59,966 bases of DNA, filler included, from Asterionella formosa (GCA_002256025.1; 7 parts of 7 records of this genome joined end to end with filler, not necessarily neighbours in it); one strand, 5' to 3'; positions 36,990 to 50,308 are shown, counted from the whole stretch's first letter. The notes: generated by a model from the letters alone, not told the origin. Translations and numbers: made by a program.

Positions 36990-38603
36990 CTAATGCCCTG
37001 TTCCGACATCTCGAACTTGCACACCAACGTTGAAACTGCCAGATTCACGAATCGAAGCAATGCCTCCTGGGATTACTGTGTCTAGTCCCAGCAAAGGTTC
37101 TTCTGGAACAAACGACGACGGGGCCCGCCTGTAAATCTCTTTAACCTTGTCATTATACTGCTTCTCGAATTGATCTTTGAACTCACCATAGTCAATCTGG
37201 CCGTCGCCGTTGCTATCTGCACTCTTTATGATTCCAGCAATATAATCGTCGGAGCAATCCGGCCCCAGAATTTTTCTCAGGTTCATGGCAGAGATGAATC
37301 CGGAGTGATCTTCGTCAAGTACATCAAATGCTTCAACGATACGACGCTCGGCAATTCGCCCTTGTGTTTCTAAGGCGGCAGCCAAGAACTCCGTGTACAT
37401 GATGATTCCATTATGGTTGACATCAACTTCATTGAAGATTGCTTTTATTTCTTCGGCAGTGTAATATCCTGATTCTCCAAGAGCTTCCATGAACTCTTGC
37501 AGGGATATAGATCCAGTGTTTTCCCGGTCGTAATCACCAAATACCTTGCGAAGCTCAAAGATCTCATCTGCGTTAGATCTCTTCGCTATTATATTCAATG
37601 CGACTTTCTTTAAGTCGTTGCAGGCTGCATAATTGACCAAGTTTTTGGCAACATCACTAACAAGCTCAGGATTAGGCTTGGCGTCAGAGAGATCAATCTT
37701 CTTGCACAACCAGCGGTGCTTCAACGCCGTGAATCCATTCAAACGCAGTTGGGGATCAACTTTTAGGAGACTGCGAACAAAATCCTTACTCTCCGCTGAT
37801 CTTGTCTGCCATATCTTGCCCTTGAATTCGACCTTGGCTCGTATTACCTTGGAAACGGTCTCCTCGGGAGTCCTTCCCTGAAAGGGCGGGTCAGATCCTG
37901 ATAACAGCATAAATGCCACAATCCCAAGGGACCACAAATCTGCTTGGGCCGTGTACACGCCTTGCAAGACTTGGGGGCTCATGGTGTACAGTGTTCCTAC
38001 TCGTTCTGTCATTACGTCGTTTTTGCGTAAGAAGCTTTTGGACAAACCAAAATCGATGAGCTTTACCTGCGCATTAGGGGCATCGCTCTCGAACATGATG
38101 TTTTCATACTTGACATCTCGATGAATGACGTTGTGGGAGTGCAAATAGGAGATCGCCGATAAACATTCCTTCACAATCTTGGCAGCCTGTTTTTCCGAAT
38201 ACGGGTGCCTCTTGTAAAGATCTCCCCCGCTACACAACTCCATGACAATAGCCTTTCGATTCTTTAGCTCAAATGTTTCATATACTTTGATAATATTGGG
38301 ATGATCGAGTGCCTTGAGAAGTTTAAGTTCGTTCTCGAGCTCTTCAATGAGATGTTTCTCAACAATGCTCATATCAATCTCCTTCAGGGCATAGAAGTTC
38401 GCATTCGAAGGGCGCCGGCTGTCGTCCATTTGTTTCTTTGGTGTAATAAGGGAAATTTTTGATATCGACCCCACTCCAATGACCTTGACAACTTCGTAGC
38501 TATCTGCAAAATCACGGCCTTTTTGATCTTGCACTAGACGCGTATACAAAATCTCCTCCTCCAGAACCTTGCGCTGCTCGCCTTTACAACAAACAGCTCC
38601 CAT
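36990..38603 (-). CDS. Calcium-dependent protein kinase (CDPK), intronless
   Basis: MGAVCC N-terminus (myristoylation/palmitoylation-like), kinase motifs HRDVKYEN and DFG, a junction domain, and four EF-hands (DRENTGSISLQEF, DVNHNGIIMYTEF, DEDHSGFIS, DSNGDGQIDYGEF). Confidence 0.93.
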   Translation of the reverse strand: MGAVCCKGEQRKVLEEEILYTRLVQDQKGRDFADSYEVVKVIGVGSISKISLITPKKQMDDSRRPSNANFYALKEIDMSIVEKHLIEELENELKLLKALDHPNIIKVYETFELKNRKAIVMELCSGGDLYKRHPYSEKQAAKIVKECLSAISYLHSHNVIHRDVKYENIMFESDAPNAQVKLIDFGLSKSFLRKNDVMTERVGTLYTMSPQVLQGVYTAQADLWSLGIVAFMLLSGSDPPFQGRTPEETVSKVIRAKVEFKGKIWQTRSAESKDFVRSLLKVDPQLRLNGFTALKHRWLCKKIDLSDAKPNPELVSDVAKNLVNYAACNDLKKVALNIIAKRSNADEIFELRKVFGDYDRENTGSISLQEFMEALGESGYYTAEEIKAIFNEVDVNHNGIIMYTEFLAAALETQGRIAERRIVEAFDVLDEDHSGFISAMNLRKILGPDCSDDYIAGIIKSADSNGDGQIDYGEFKDQFEKQYNDKVKEIYRRAPSSFVPEEPLLGLDTVIPGGIASIRESGSFNVGVQVRDVGTGH

Positions 38604-39063
38604 TTCTTATTACAGTGCTTCAACTGATGGTATAGCTCACAAGATACTGTGCCGGATTCTGATTAAAAGCACTGATTTGTGTCGTCCATCTTCATAATTG
38701 CTGTTGTCATCATGTAGTAAATGTCGCCCTCAACAGATGGAATGTATTGGATCAATCAAAATTTATCTCGGACTAAAAAAGTTTGGATGATGACACTACG
38801 ACAATACGCACGTATGCTGCTGGGACACATTCCTATGTACGGTACCTGGTACCAGCAAGTTGCGGTCATTTCGCGGCGCCGGCAAGCACTCATATTCGAC
38901 TCCCCAGTAATATTACTTGAAAATTAAGAAAATTCTAACGGTTTCGCGCTGGCCAATAAATTTCACATTTATCAAAATCCAATTTTAAAGAATAATGAGT
39001 ACCGGTACCTGGTACTTCATTTTAACAGCGGCACACTGGCTGATGACGGGAGGTGCCAGGGTA

Positions 39064-40250
39064 CCAGCAAGTTGCTGTAAAATTGCGGAAATGACAATTT
39101 GGACATCCCGGATACACACGCCTGTAGATCCAAAAAAAATTGTACCATTGAGCCGGCATCTCCCGGAAATGCACATATTGGTTTTAACCGCCACGGACAA
39201 TGTACTATAGCAATAAATGAATCAATTAGTCACTCAAAGTAAATGAATGCAATACTTCTTGAAGGCCAAAAAAATCGCGCCATATTCACATGTGAGACCG
39301 TAATTCACATCAGAAATTGCTTCCGATGCACCACAAAATGAAGCAAATCGCGATCATCTTATTAACAACGATGAAACCTGCAGCAAGAAAAAACCTCAAC
39401 CATCCAAAAAGTACAAGGTAAAACCTAACTCATTGGATAAGACTGTTGTGTTGCTTATTTTAAATGATATAGTAATGGAATTAGAAACTTTAAAGGCAAA
39501 CTACCATATGGTGCAATCTCGAATATTCTTGCATCTAAGGCGGCTACACTGACATTTGGAGTTTTCGACCAAACTGACGGAGTCCCACCCTTCCTTATCC
39601 TTGATGGCCATGGTAGCAGATTCGAGTGACTGTTCCTGCAATACATCAACACAGCTGCAACAAAATGGAACATCTGCATTGGGCTGCCATATGGCACATC
39701 ATACTGGCAAGTTGGGGACAGTCCAGAACGAAATGGGTCATTTATAATGGCACTCACAAAATGCAAGAGAGACTTACTCACCCAAAAGGAAAGGCGCCAT
39801 GCTGCATTTGCTGTTAAAAAGGAAGATATTGTTGACCTGGTGTCGAAAGCATGGGATGAATCATTTGCCCATATCGCTATAAACCAAAAAGCTGTTGCTG
39901 AACAAGGTTGGGGTCCATTGAACTACAACTTGTTGCTCCATCCAGAAATTCAACTGACAAGTACCTCAAATCTGCAAACAGAAACAAACAATATTCAACC
40001 CGCCTCTTCCATTCCCCCATCCGGATTAAACTCAAGACAAGGCATCACTGGAACCCTTGTTGATCAGGTCGCACAGTATCGCAATCGAGAGGATGCTAGA
40101 AACGGAATAAATCTGGATGAATTTGCCCACCAACGAAAAGAAACAGCACTAAGGGCGATTGCAATCAATTAACAATGCACAGCCGGTACTTTTTGGGTCC
40201 TGAAGTGGTCGATGACCAACTAAAATAGGAGAGGCATTCGGAAGAAGTGC
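39064..40250 (+). mobile_element. pogo/Fot1-like DDE transposon relic with internal deletion
   Basis: TIR-like CCAGCAAGTTGC at 39064. The N-terminal GKLPYGAIS is joined almost directly to PFLILDGHGSRFE*LFLQYIN, WNICIGLPYGTSYWQVGDS and VAEQGWGPLNYNLLLHPEI. Confidence 0.75.
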
Positions 40251-40299
40251 AGAGTTGTGATAGCGGCATTTAATTCTGTCTGGGTTTTTTAAACTGCTG

Positions 40300-41040
40300 T
40301 CAGTTTTATTTCGTCGTGAAGAAGCGTGTTGTAGTTCGTTGGTTGCTTATTTGATGCGTTGCTGTTAGTCTCTTGAAAATGCCATGGTGCTTTGTTTGGG
40401 ACGACCAATTGCGCCTGGTGCCGGAGGAAGTTGCGTGGTCTCAATTGCAGCACTATTTTCGTTTGTACTCATGGGGGCGGGGGGGGGGGGGGGGGGGGGG
40501 GGTGGGTGTGGGGGGGGGGGGGGGGGGGGTGGGGGGNNNNNNNNNNACCCCCCCCCCCTCTCACCGGAAAGTTGTGTTTGTTCAGTCTCATACTGATCAG
40601 GTCTATCTGTTAGATAATTGTTTCTCATCTGAGTTAAATGTTACTGTTGTTAAAGTGGATGCAGTAGTGGAGTTTCTGGTTGCAGAAGTAAGTATGCTGC
40701 TAGTTTCAATTTGATTTGCTGGGGAACAATCCAATAGAATTGTAGAATTTAAACCCCCTACTACTAGATCTGTGTCATTGTTGTTCAATTTCTTCAAATG
40801 GTACATCACCATGTCTTTTGTTAGCCACGTAATTTTGCCAGCTTTGCTTGTTTGCTACTAATCTAGTGATAGCACCATATAGTAACACTCCTCCATTGTT
40901 AGCCTTTGTAGCTTCTAGTTCTCTAACAATGTTGTTTAGAACAAGCTTTACTATTTCCTTATCTAGAGTCTTACAAATAACTCTGTACTTTGCTCGATGT
41001 TTGGTGCATCTTTGGTTTGTAATAGTACTACCGGTAAGTA
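40300..41040 (-). pseudogene. N-terminal relic of a related transposase, convergent with the 39064 copy
   Basis: Contains NNGGVLLYGAITRLV (compare GKLPYGAISNIL) and the AT-hook-like IGRPKQST. It is interrupted by a poly-G/N tract. Confidence 0.45.
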
Positions 41041-42267
41041 CTGGTAGAAAGATCCGAAAATATGAAAATATAGTATTTTGTGATTGTTTCCAGAGCATTT
41101 CAGGATGCATATATTTATGTTGACAGTACAAAATCACTTGATATCCATGGTGCGAACTATCGTGCATGTTTAAATTGGGATGTTGCACACAACTGCACCA
41201 TAATAATTGTCCTCCTGAAGAAAAGCGTTAAAGATACCCATATTAATTTGGAATATAAAACTTTAAATAATAATGTATATGAAGATAAAATGTCGGCCCA
41301 GCTAAACAAGGTAATTTTATTTTCTTTCGATGTGCCTCACTCAACATTTTTGTGGTCGTTTGTCTCAACAACTGGAACACAGCATCGATTGGGCGTCAAG
41401 ACATCCTTTATGTAGATGCATAAAACAAACGACTTGTTCATAGCAAATATCGTCATATTGCTAAAATTGAAAAGTTTCTAGTACAAAATGTAAGATTACC
41501 CCATTATAGTGGTCTAAGCAGTTCATAGTGGTCTTAAGCAGTTTTTGACTGTGTACCAGCAGGTACCGCCCACTCACACACTACTTATCTATTTATTGTC
41601 CAGTTCATGCTTTGTGCGTGCGTCATGCTAGTAAACCACCAGCTGCACTACCTTTCACTACCTACGGCAAAAATGGTAGTATTGGGGGTAGAATTAATTG
41701 TCAATAGTGGCACAGTACCAGCACCGGTATCAACAACGTCATATGACATGCTGGTGTAGTTACAGGAAATGAAAGAGGAATATGGAATATTTGGCAACCA
41801 CTTCGTGTATTTTCGTGAAGTTAAATAATTTCTATTTCGTCATACCGGTATTAATTGCCCTTGTCCCATCAGTCACAGTTTAAGGTTCCTGCATTTGAAC
41901 CCCTAGGCAAAAATTAAAATATTGCTTAGGGTTGCCGAAATTCCCTGGAACTAAGAACTTTTATGTGCTAGTTTGAATATCAATGATTCCGTTTGAAAAA
42001 TTCAAATGAGTGGAAATTTGCGCGTACGTATATAGATTCCATTTCAAATGCATAAAATATGTAAAGATAGATTCTTCATCGCTGAATGTTTTATATTGCT
42101 ACTCTACCGATAGTATACCTACTCGTATCATAAATATGTTTCACATGCACGACCCGGCGGCTGCAAAATATATTTGAATGTGCAAACTATCGGTACTAAG
42201 GGACTGGTTAGCGTGCACTACCATTTACTATGACGAATGATGATCAGTTACCTGGAACCGGTAGGTC

Positions 42268-42371
42268 TACCCGGTTCTCGGTATTCCTACTCCGTACGGA
42301 TTCCGGTATACGGGTAAACCTACCCGGTACTCGATATTCCCACTCCGTACGGATACCGGTATACGGGTAGG
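42268..42371. repeat. Tandem pair of 52-bp units, each bounded by TACCCG...CGGGTA
   Basis: CTACCCGGTTCTCGGTATTCCTACTCCGTACGGATTCCGGTATACGGGTA is followed by a near-identical copy. Confidence 0.8.
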
Positions 42372-42734
42372 ATCAGCCAACACCCAAGAAAATGCTTCAT
42401 GTGTATCCAGTGTGGCCGGCGTGGGATTGCACGACCTCGCAAACCGTGCCAATCGAACGGATGTAAGGATAACCAATCAGAATATGATTATTACAGCGGG
42501 CAATTACATTGGAACTTTTTGTACACGAGATTTTACGACTACAAATTTTAGCACAAGACTACCATTCCGATGATGACGTTTCGGCGATTAGTGATTCTGA
42601 TTCCGACGTTTGGGTGACCGTTGAAAAGGCCGATATTGTCGAATTTTTGGACGACGATAGCTCAACGTTGGCAGGGTTTGAAGAAGAGTTAAATACATAG
42701 GAAATCTTCATATAGCCCCAGAAGTTAACTTTCG

Positions 42735-42855
42735 GCGAGAAACTGCAGAAAGGAACTTCGGTTTTTTTACTAGGCCAAATAAACGAGTTAGCCCGGTAAA
42801 ATCCACTATTTTCAGCATAGTTAAAAAACCGAAGTTCCTTTCTGCAGTTTCTCGC
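42735..42855. repeat. Long inverted repeat (33-bp perfect arms)
   Basis: GCGAGAAACTGCAGAAAGGAACTTCGGTTTTTT ... AAAAAACCGAAGTTCCTTTCTGCAGTTTCTCGC. A homologous hairpin lies at ~45506-45622. Confidence 0.9.
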
Positions 42856-42955
42856 NNNNNNNNNNNNNNNNNNNNNNNNNNNNNNNNNNNNNNNNNNNNT
42901 TAATTAATTAANNNNNNNNNNNNNNNNNNNNNNNNNNNNNNNNNNNNNNNNNNNN

Positions 42956-43663
42956 TCGTGAAGCTTCCACAATTGCTGATATGTATTGTTCTTGACGTTT
43001 ACATAATGCCACAAGTCTGGTCATATCATTAATTTTCGATTCAAGAATTATCTTCTTCATAGTCTTCCTGAATGATCCCTCAACGGAAAATAACATCATT
43101 TGATATTCGGTTAGAAGGTCCAACGCTTTTTGGTACTCCCCATTGGCTCTGTAAACATCCGAAATATTTTCAACAATACCGACAACAAACAAAACATGTG
43201 TAGCTAATTTGTCGACGATACCAGCATGATTGATGATTTGCAATGCACGAATCATTCTGATTTCGTTCTCCAACCATGGCATAACATCCAGTTCGTAAAT
43301 CTGCATAGCTTCATCGTAATCTCTTAGCTGTGAGTGGAAGAAGCCTATTTGCGAGGATATTATTGCGACCGACGACATGTCGCTCTCGTCTGACGACATG
43401 GTTGATTTGTACGCCTGGCAATGATTCAAGAGCAAGTCCCAGCTGCCAGTAAAATGCAAGACTACATTGAAGCACGGTCTATCTCCAGGGAACAAAAGAG
43501 CATAGCACACCACAAAGACTGCCATAAGGAGGCTCACAACGAAAAGGATCCTTCCTATTGACATTTCTCGCGCAAAAAAACGACCAAGAAAGTGAAATGT
43601 GAGAACAGTAGCTATACCGGAGCATGTTATTACATCAGTGGTTTGAATTATACTAGGCATCAC
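42956..43663 (-). CDS. Hypothetical protein with two TM segments and TPR-like helices (3' end cut by spacer)
   Basis: Uninterrupted ORF with hydrophobic segments, plus QIGFFHSQLRDYDEAMQIYE and NISDVYRANGEYQKALDLL. Confidence 0.55.
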
Positions 43664-44097
43664 TGTGCCGGTACCCTGGTACTCCCTGGTACTCCCTGGT
43701 ACTGGTACCTGGTAATATGATCAAATTCAATTTAATCCACGACTAGACTAATCCGAGTTGATTACCTTGTTCGTCCATCAAGGATGTCCCCATGATACAG
43801 GAAACAAAAATACCTTGAATTGTTGGCAATTTTGGTACGTTTTCGTTTGGTTTTCATCCTCAAAATCCAGCAAGTTGCGGTAATTTTGCTTATTGTGCTA
43901 CGTACGTCGTCGTCCGGGCAATATTGAGATTCCACTTGCAAGTTGATACATGTGTAACTCTTTGACGGCCGTTTAATTAATCAACCGGCCGGCTTGTTGT
44001 TCCTAATCATATTTAGATTAATCTTATTTTAAGCCTAAAAAATTGAGACCAATCTGTTTTGCTTATTCTGCCATTTGCTTCCATTGATTTTGCATTA

Positions 44098-45287
44098 GGT
44101 TGCGGCCCCGCAGTTACACATCGCGAGGTCTGTTTTCTTCCAAAATAATTTTATTTTGTACTTTAATCTACACAGTACGTACAACTAAATAAAATAGTTC
44201 AAGGAAAAATTAGCTTTCACCAATACGACCACTTTGCATATGCTTAGATACAGTCATTCCTCGACTTATGGGTATGATCTATATTCAGATATGGGAAGGA
44301 CCTAATTTCTGGAGAGAAGTGGCAGTTATCCCTCTTGGAATCGTGACTATCCAAAAAATAGTCAAAAAAGGGGGCCATCAAGTTTTTAAAAAAATCTACG
44401 AGGGATAACTGTCACTTCTCTGCAGAAGTAAACTCCTGACGTTATAGGGTACACGGCTATCTATTTCATTCTTCATGAAACCCCGTAGATGTAGAGCAAT
44501 CCTCCTCCAAAAAGTCGACCCGATCGGCTTTTTCAACAGTCGCCAAAATATTGGAATCAGAATTTGTACGTGCAAAAACACTCTCGTAAACTTGGAGTCT
44601 TGCGTAGGTATGTTTCGCTGAATAATTCTCAGTCCGAAAAGACTCCAGGGTAAGTTCCCGCGTCACTACACATATTCTGATTGGTTGAATTGAATTTACT
44701 TACCTGCTCCAGATTCGCTGAAGTATCCCGGTCTTGTAAAATCTCACGAGCCACACTTGAACCACAAGTGTTAGATGTACTGAATCCTGGTTGGTAAAAT
44801 CAGTACCGGTACTACCAGTAGTAAATCCTGTCCTCCATCATGACGAACCAATATTGTGTACTACCTAGTGCTCCGGGTACCGAAATACCATTACTCTGGG
44901 AATCATGTACTGGTACCAGGGTACTGATTCACACAGCAGTATATACCTTTATGCGTGGAGTGATATTGAAACTACATTCAGCAACGAAGATTCAATATAA
45001 ACGTATAAACACGAGCCATGAGCATACATGTTGGTACTCCAATTTATATATGTGTTTTGGCGTTGAGTAAAATTATGTCTACAAGCAGCAACGTGGAAAT
45101 AGTATAAATGTTTGAATATCATTTTTTCATGGAATTCTATCAATCTGGCGCCGATTCCTATTTAATTCAAATATTCAAATGGACCCTCGAATCGTGGGAA
45201 TTCATAGTAGAAAACTCCCTGTTCCACGCCGTTTTTACAACCCTAGCGATATTTTCTACGAACTAGGGTTAAGCCGGGGCCGCAAAC
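44098..45287 (-). mobile_element. Kolobok-related non-autonomous element with TIR G(G/T)TTGCGGCCCCG
   Basis: Left end GGTTGCGGCCCCG at 44098; right end CGGGGCCGCAAAC|TTAA at 45287. Internal homology, inverted, to 41900-42720. Confidence 0.55.
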
Positions 45288-45291
45288 TTAA

Positions 45292-45826
45292 GGTTGCTGC
45301 ATTTGAACCCCTAGCTCGAGGTAGGGTTATAAAACAATATTGAGTCAGACTAATCAAACACATACTCTCCACATATAAATCAAATATGTATAACGCTCAA
45401 CGGAGCTATCACCAATACACACCCTTTCCATACACTTACATACAGTCTTCGGACAAAGTAGGGGTGTAGGTCCACTGTATATATCGTCAGTATATAGGAT
45501 CTGGTCAGAAACTGCAGAAAGGAACTTCTTTTCTTAACCATGCTAAAAGGACTCGAAAATTGGGGGGAAATCTGTTTATTTGGCATAGTATAAAAACCGA
45601 AGTTCCTTGCTGCAGTTTCTCGCCAGAAGTTATATATTGATACTTTTTGAAAGTTATCTATGTATCTAAATCGCCGTCAGAACCAGCCAATGTTTAGCTA
45701 CTGTATATTGGTGAAAGCTCCGTTTAGCGATACACATTTATGTTTTACTCATACGAAGTGTGTGTTTGAGTACTCAATATTATTTTTTTAACCCTACCTC
45801 TAAACTAGAATTGAAATGCAGGAACC
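45292..45826. mobile_element. Kolobok-type MITE, 535 bp, TTAA TSD
   Basis: TTAA|GGTTGCTGCATTT...GAGGTAGGGTTA..AATATTGAG at the left end and CTCAATATT..TAACCCTACCTC...AAATGCAGGAACC|TTAA at the right. GG...CC termini with a TTAA TSD fit Kolobok; piggyBac ends in CC...GG. Confidence 0.78.
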
Positions 45827-45898
45827 TTAAAGTAGCAATTTTGCTTAATGTGTGATGTCACCATTTCAACCCTTCACTGCCATCACACGCACCTACTA

Positions 45899-46733
45899 CC
45901 AGTAACAAACTGCATTGACCCACTGTTTCATCCCATTCGTTTGATTAATTAGACTAACACTTACCTCCCCTCTCTCTGAAATCTGTTCGGAAGTATTGAT
46001 GGCATAAGGCGTCAGTACATTAGCATCCTTTTCCTAGTTTTGAACATATGGTTCAGAAGATATTGATATACATCAAGACGTAAAATTCAGTCTCAGTGGG
46101 TCAATGCATTAAATGAAATTTTTGCCATAACTGAAAGTAATTTTATATTCGTTGGTGAACATGGATTATCCTGTTTGGTTCAAAGCGAAAAGACATAAAA
46201 TGCATGATGCTCCATACATGATACCAGTACATTGTACAGGTACCGGTATCTGGTACCATTCCTGGTACCAGGTACAATAGATGTACAGTATTAGTTTTGT
46301 GCACAGCCAGGGGTACATATATATAGGTAACAGTTACAAGGTACTCCATACCACTTATAATGGTCTGCCTACATAGATACTGGTATTACATGGCTGCACC
46401 AGGTTTTTTTTCATCAATTTTTATTTACTGAATAATTATTGACAAGGTTATGGATAAGACACAAAAGGCGAGAAATTTATATCCATCGTTGTACATAATA
46501 TAAGATGAGAACTCCAAACTAGGGATAATCCGTGCTTTTCACTTTTTTCCGATCGCCACTTTTGACTTAAATTAACGAAAGATCGACGTCCAATCGGTTG
46601 AGAACTAACAGTATGACTCCATCCGGTATATGCACAAGATAAATTCTGGAGCTTAAGAAATAGAAAATGAATGATTTTTCATAACAAAACGTGTTTTTTA
46701 TACTGTCAGTGGGTCAATGCAGTTTTTTACTGG
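45899..46733. mobile_element. Tc1/mariner-type MITE with ~27-bp TIRs and TA TSD
   Basis: TA|CCAGTAACAAACTGCATTGACCCACTG ... CAGTGGGTCAATGCAGTTTTTTACTGG|TA. A partial third TIR copy lies near 46095. Confidence 0.75.
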
Positions 46734-49700
46734 TACCGGTACCTTTCATAATATAATCATGATTTATACTGGCAAACACAAGATGCAACAGGTAACAGTG
46801 AAATGATAGTAAAACAAAATATATTTTCAAACAAACCCAAAATGCATCAGTGATTCCATGAACAATTTGAACAAAACAAAATCGCCTGTCCTTTCCTTCT
46901 CAATCACCATGCTCCCTCTCTCTGCTTCCGATTTTCTTGATCTGGGCCTTCTTCATGCAGGATTTGATGAGAATAGGAATGAAAGAACTTGCGATGCAAT
47001 GGAACTTTGACGATTTTGTTCATTCTTTGGTCTCAGTCCACAGAGTTCCATGAAGATATTTTCTGCATTGGAGTCAATGGATCATATTGGAACAGATCGA
47101 GTTAACAACAAGCCCGACCCTCTTTTCTTCTTGATCACAATGGATTGGTTGAGTACATTTAAGACTGAAGAGGAATTGGCTGGATCCTACAACATGGTGG
47201 AGAAGACCATACGTAAGCGTAATTGGGAATATGCACTTGTAATACAAGCGCTTAAGGCGGAAAAGGTGTCTCATAGTCAGATGCCTGCTTCGTCGATCCG
47301 AGGTAGTAGTTAAAGTCATTAACTGACTTCTTGATGGTGTGAGAAGCATGATTGCTTCCTCCCATGGCTTGAAACTTGCCCTTGGCCTGAGCCTTATTGG
47401 AAAACTAACCTTTGCCACTCATAATGCGCCTTGTGCAACTTCTTCAGACTCTGGATGGTCTGGCACCCTCAAATCTTGTCTCCGGACTCTCCATGGTCCG
47501 CATGTTGTTGATTGTACTGTTACGGCGTGTCCTGGCCGGCTTATTCTATTAAAACTGTTGAAATTGCGTCCCGAAGCCCTCTATTGCTTTCTTGTATCCT
47601 GTAAGGACACGTCAGGGACCAAATAGGCTGTAGTTATGAACAACGATGTTGCAGTTATCGATTGTAATCGTTAATTTTGGGTTTTACTGGCGATGTAGAT
47701 TGTTTTCGAATTCTGAGTTTTCTCTGGTACCATATTCTTTTGCTTCATTCGATTCCTAAAATAATTTCTCCAACAAAAGGAAGTGCAGCCATAAGCCGAA
47801 GTTTCGAATTTCAATACTGGTACGGTACCAGGTACCATAGTCGGTAAATTATCTTCCTTCTCTATTAGTGATGCAGGCAGCTATACCGGTATGTACATAT
47901 GAAATAAGGTTCACCGGTATACCGGCTGGTAGGTATGTTTGTCTACCGGTATATAGTTTTAGCAGCCAGAATATAAATTAAGGAATTCTACCGGTAGTTT
48001 AAGCAAATTATTGCTTAAAGTACTGGTAGTTTTTCTTAAAGTAGAGCCCATTTGCTTAAACTAAAATAGTCCTTCAGTACTTTAACCCGAAAAGACGATT
48101 TGTCAAATCTGTTTTTTCTGAATTATCTGAAAATATCGAATTTTGTATAGTCTTTGTTTATTTTGGCCGGCAGTGCCAGCCGTAATAAGTTTCAAACTTT
48201 GATTTCTCAACGGCTGCCGAGTCGTGACGCATCTTTTAGGTTGGGGAATGACACCAAAAAGGAAAATTACCACAACTTGTAGGCATACCTTATATTGGGC
48301 GTCACAACATTTTCAAAACATGGTTTCGGTCATTTGATTTTTTCCAATACAAAATGTCAAGTCCAAAAGAGCCAAGGTTAAAACAAAAACTCTGGATGTT
48401 GCTCAAATTTAAGGCGTTCTTTGTTCCTTTATTTGGTGTTGAAATAATATCATCATTCAATAAAAGTTATTCCCTGTATTTGCTTGACTTTGTTTATGTA
48501 CCAATACAAGTCAGGTCACGAGTTCCAATACAATGTGGAAATATTTTGCAATTCAAGGTTGCCCCTCCTGCTGTTTTGGGTTTTGGCTAAATGTAATGAG
48601 TACTAGTGGTAAAATTTCTTCATTTTGCCGTTGCTAAAAGTTCTTGCCAGCCATAATGCTGCCATGAGGTGGTTCTGGCCAGCATTCATCATCTTCACTT
48701 CTCAGCCTTGGTTAACTGCTCCCTTTTATGAAGCGCCACTCGAGCTGCACTGTTCATGGTTGTGTAGTTTAAAGGCGCTGAATAAATGAAGCAAGTTATT
48801 AATCATGTTCCTTCTTACTATGATGGCTTCACAGTATCATTGTGGACGCGATAAATTCCTTAAAATCACATTTGTCATACCATGTGCCTTTGGAAAAAAA
48901 TGGGTGTCCCAGAATTTTTGGATGAGTTTAGCAGATGTTCAAGCAGCATTCATTTCAACAATTAGATCATTAGCAATCGATGATTGCATTTAACGAGGAA
49001 AATGTTCGTGATTTGAAGCCATTTAGCTTAAGGTATTATGGTCAAATGCTGTGAGGTTGTTGCATTGTGATACTGCAGAGCTATTTACAATGCTGGTTTG
49101 AGCCAAAATAATGTTCAAGGCTCACCTATAATCTAAATGTGACATGTCAAAAGTTTGATTTGATTGTAAATTCTTTATTCACCCGCCCGGCATGTGTATG
49201 CCAACCATCAGGTTGGAAACGAGCATGGCTGGGCCCAATCATTTAGTAGCCTTTAACTAGTTATATGCGAGGGTACAAGTGAAGCAGTCAAAGCAGGGTG
49301 CTCCATTTTCTTACCGAGTTCTCCCTATTCAGCTATGAGAGCGAACCAGCCAGGCCGCATTACAATTAAAAAATGTATTTATACTGAGAAGCAAGTAGCC
49401 AAAATTTGGGGTAAGGGTTAGGCCTAGCAGGAGGGCGGGAGGAGGCATCATTGATTTTTGATGAACAGGAAAGGTGGTACACTGCAGAAACTATGTAAAT
49501 GAAGAAAAAATGTCTCACATTTTACTAGAGTATGCTTGATATTTTGTGGTATGGTAAATCAGATGACCTTCGACATACAGTACTATTAGACTTGTTTATT
49601 CTGTAAATTGCTGTTGTCAGACACATGAGGAACAAGTTGTTGGCACAAATATCAACTTATTACCATAATGCTTCCTTCAATCTGCCTCTCAAGAAAAAAG

Positions 49701-50308
49701 TGTATAAGAGGAGAACCTTACTTACTACAAAAGGTCTCAAAAATAGTAAGTTACAGAAGCTCTGGATGCTGCTATCATGGCTGGTGCCAAGGATATAGTA
49801 ATTCATAGGATTCATGATGACAAAAAATTTGATTGAGCGTTGAAATGGCGTCTGCAAATAGATAAAATCTTATTCGTGTGACGTATCTTTTGATGACGAT
49901 CATTTGATTGTATAATTTCAATATATCATCTAATATGTATGATAATTATCGCCATAAATGAAATAGTTGCCTTTTTGGAATATGCATATGCAACCATTAT
50001 TCCATTTCTTTCTCCCGATTACATCAAGGGATGCATGATGCAATATGTCTGGGCAAGGTGAATCACTTAATTGAGATGCTCTTGAACTGTGGCCGGGTCA
50101 GCTGGATCCTGGATTTGACATATCCCTTCCTTAAGTCCAAATATTTAATGAACAAAATGATTATTACCACATGATGATCTCTTGGTTACAGTACACTATA
50201 ATCACATAAGTACACCAAACAAACAACGGGTGACATTGCCCATTATAAGTGACTCCACCACAATTCATTTTCGGATTGTCATCAGCATCCACAATTTATT
50301 TCAACAAG

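Larger units (their letters stand above)
41884..42855 (+). mobile_element. Kolobok-type non-autonomous element (left part, cut by spacer)
   Basis: Begins TTAA|GGTTCCTGCATTTGAACCCCTAG, the same terminus as 45292-45826. Internal segments are shared with 44098-45287 and 45292-45826. Confidence 0.7.

Noticed and set aside
40472..40560. Poly-Pro/poly-Gly proteins or a G-quadruplex element
   Set aside because: Homopolymer runs flank Ns and are probably low-quality gap-edge sequence.
46800..47760. Protein-coding gene
   Set aside because: Only short broken ORFs on both strands with no recognisable family; at best an unassignable relic.
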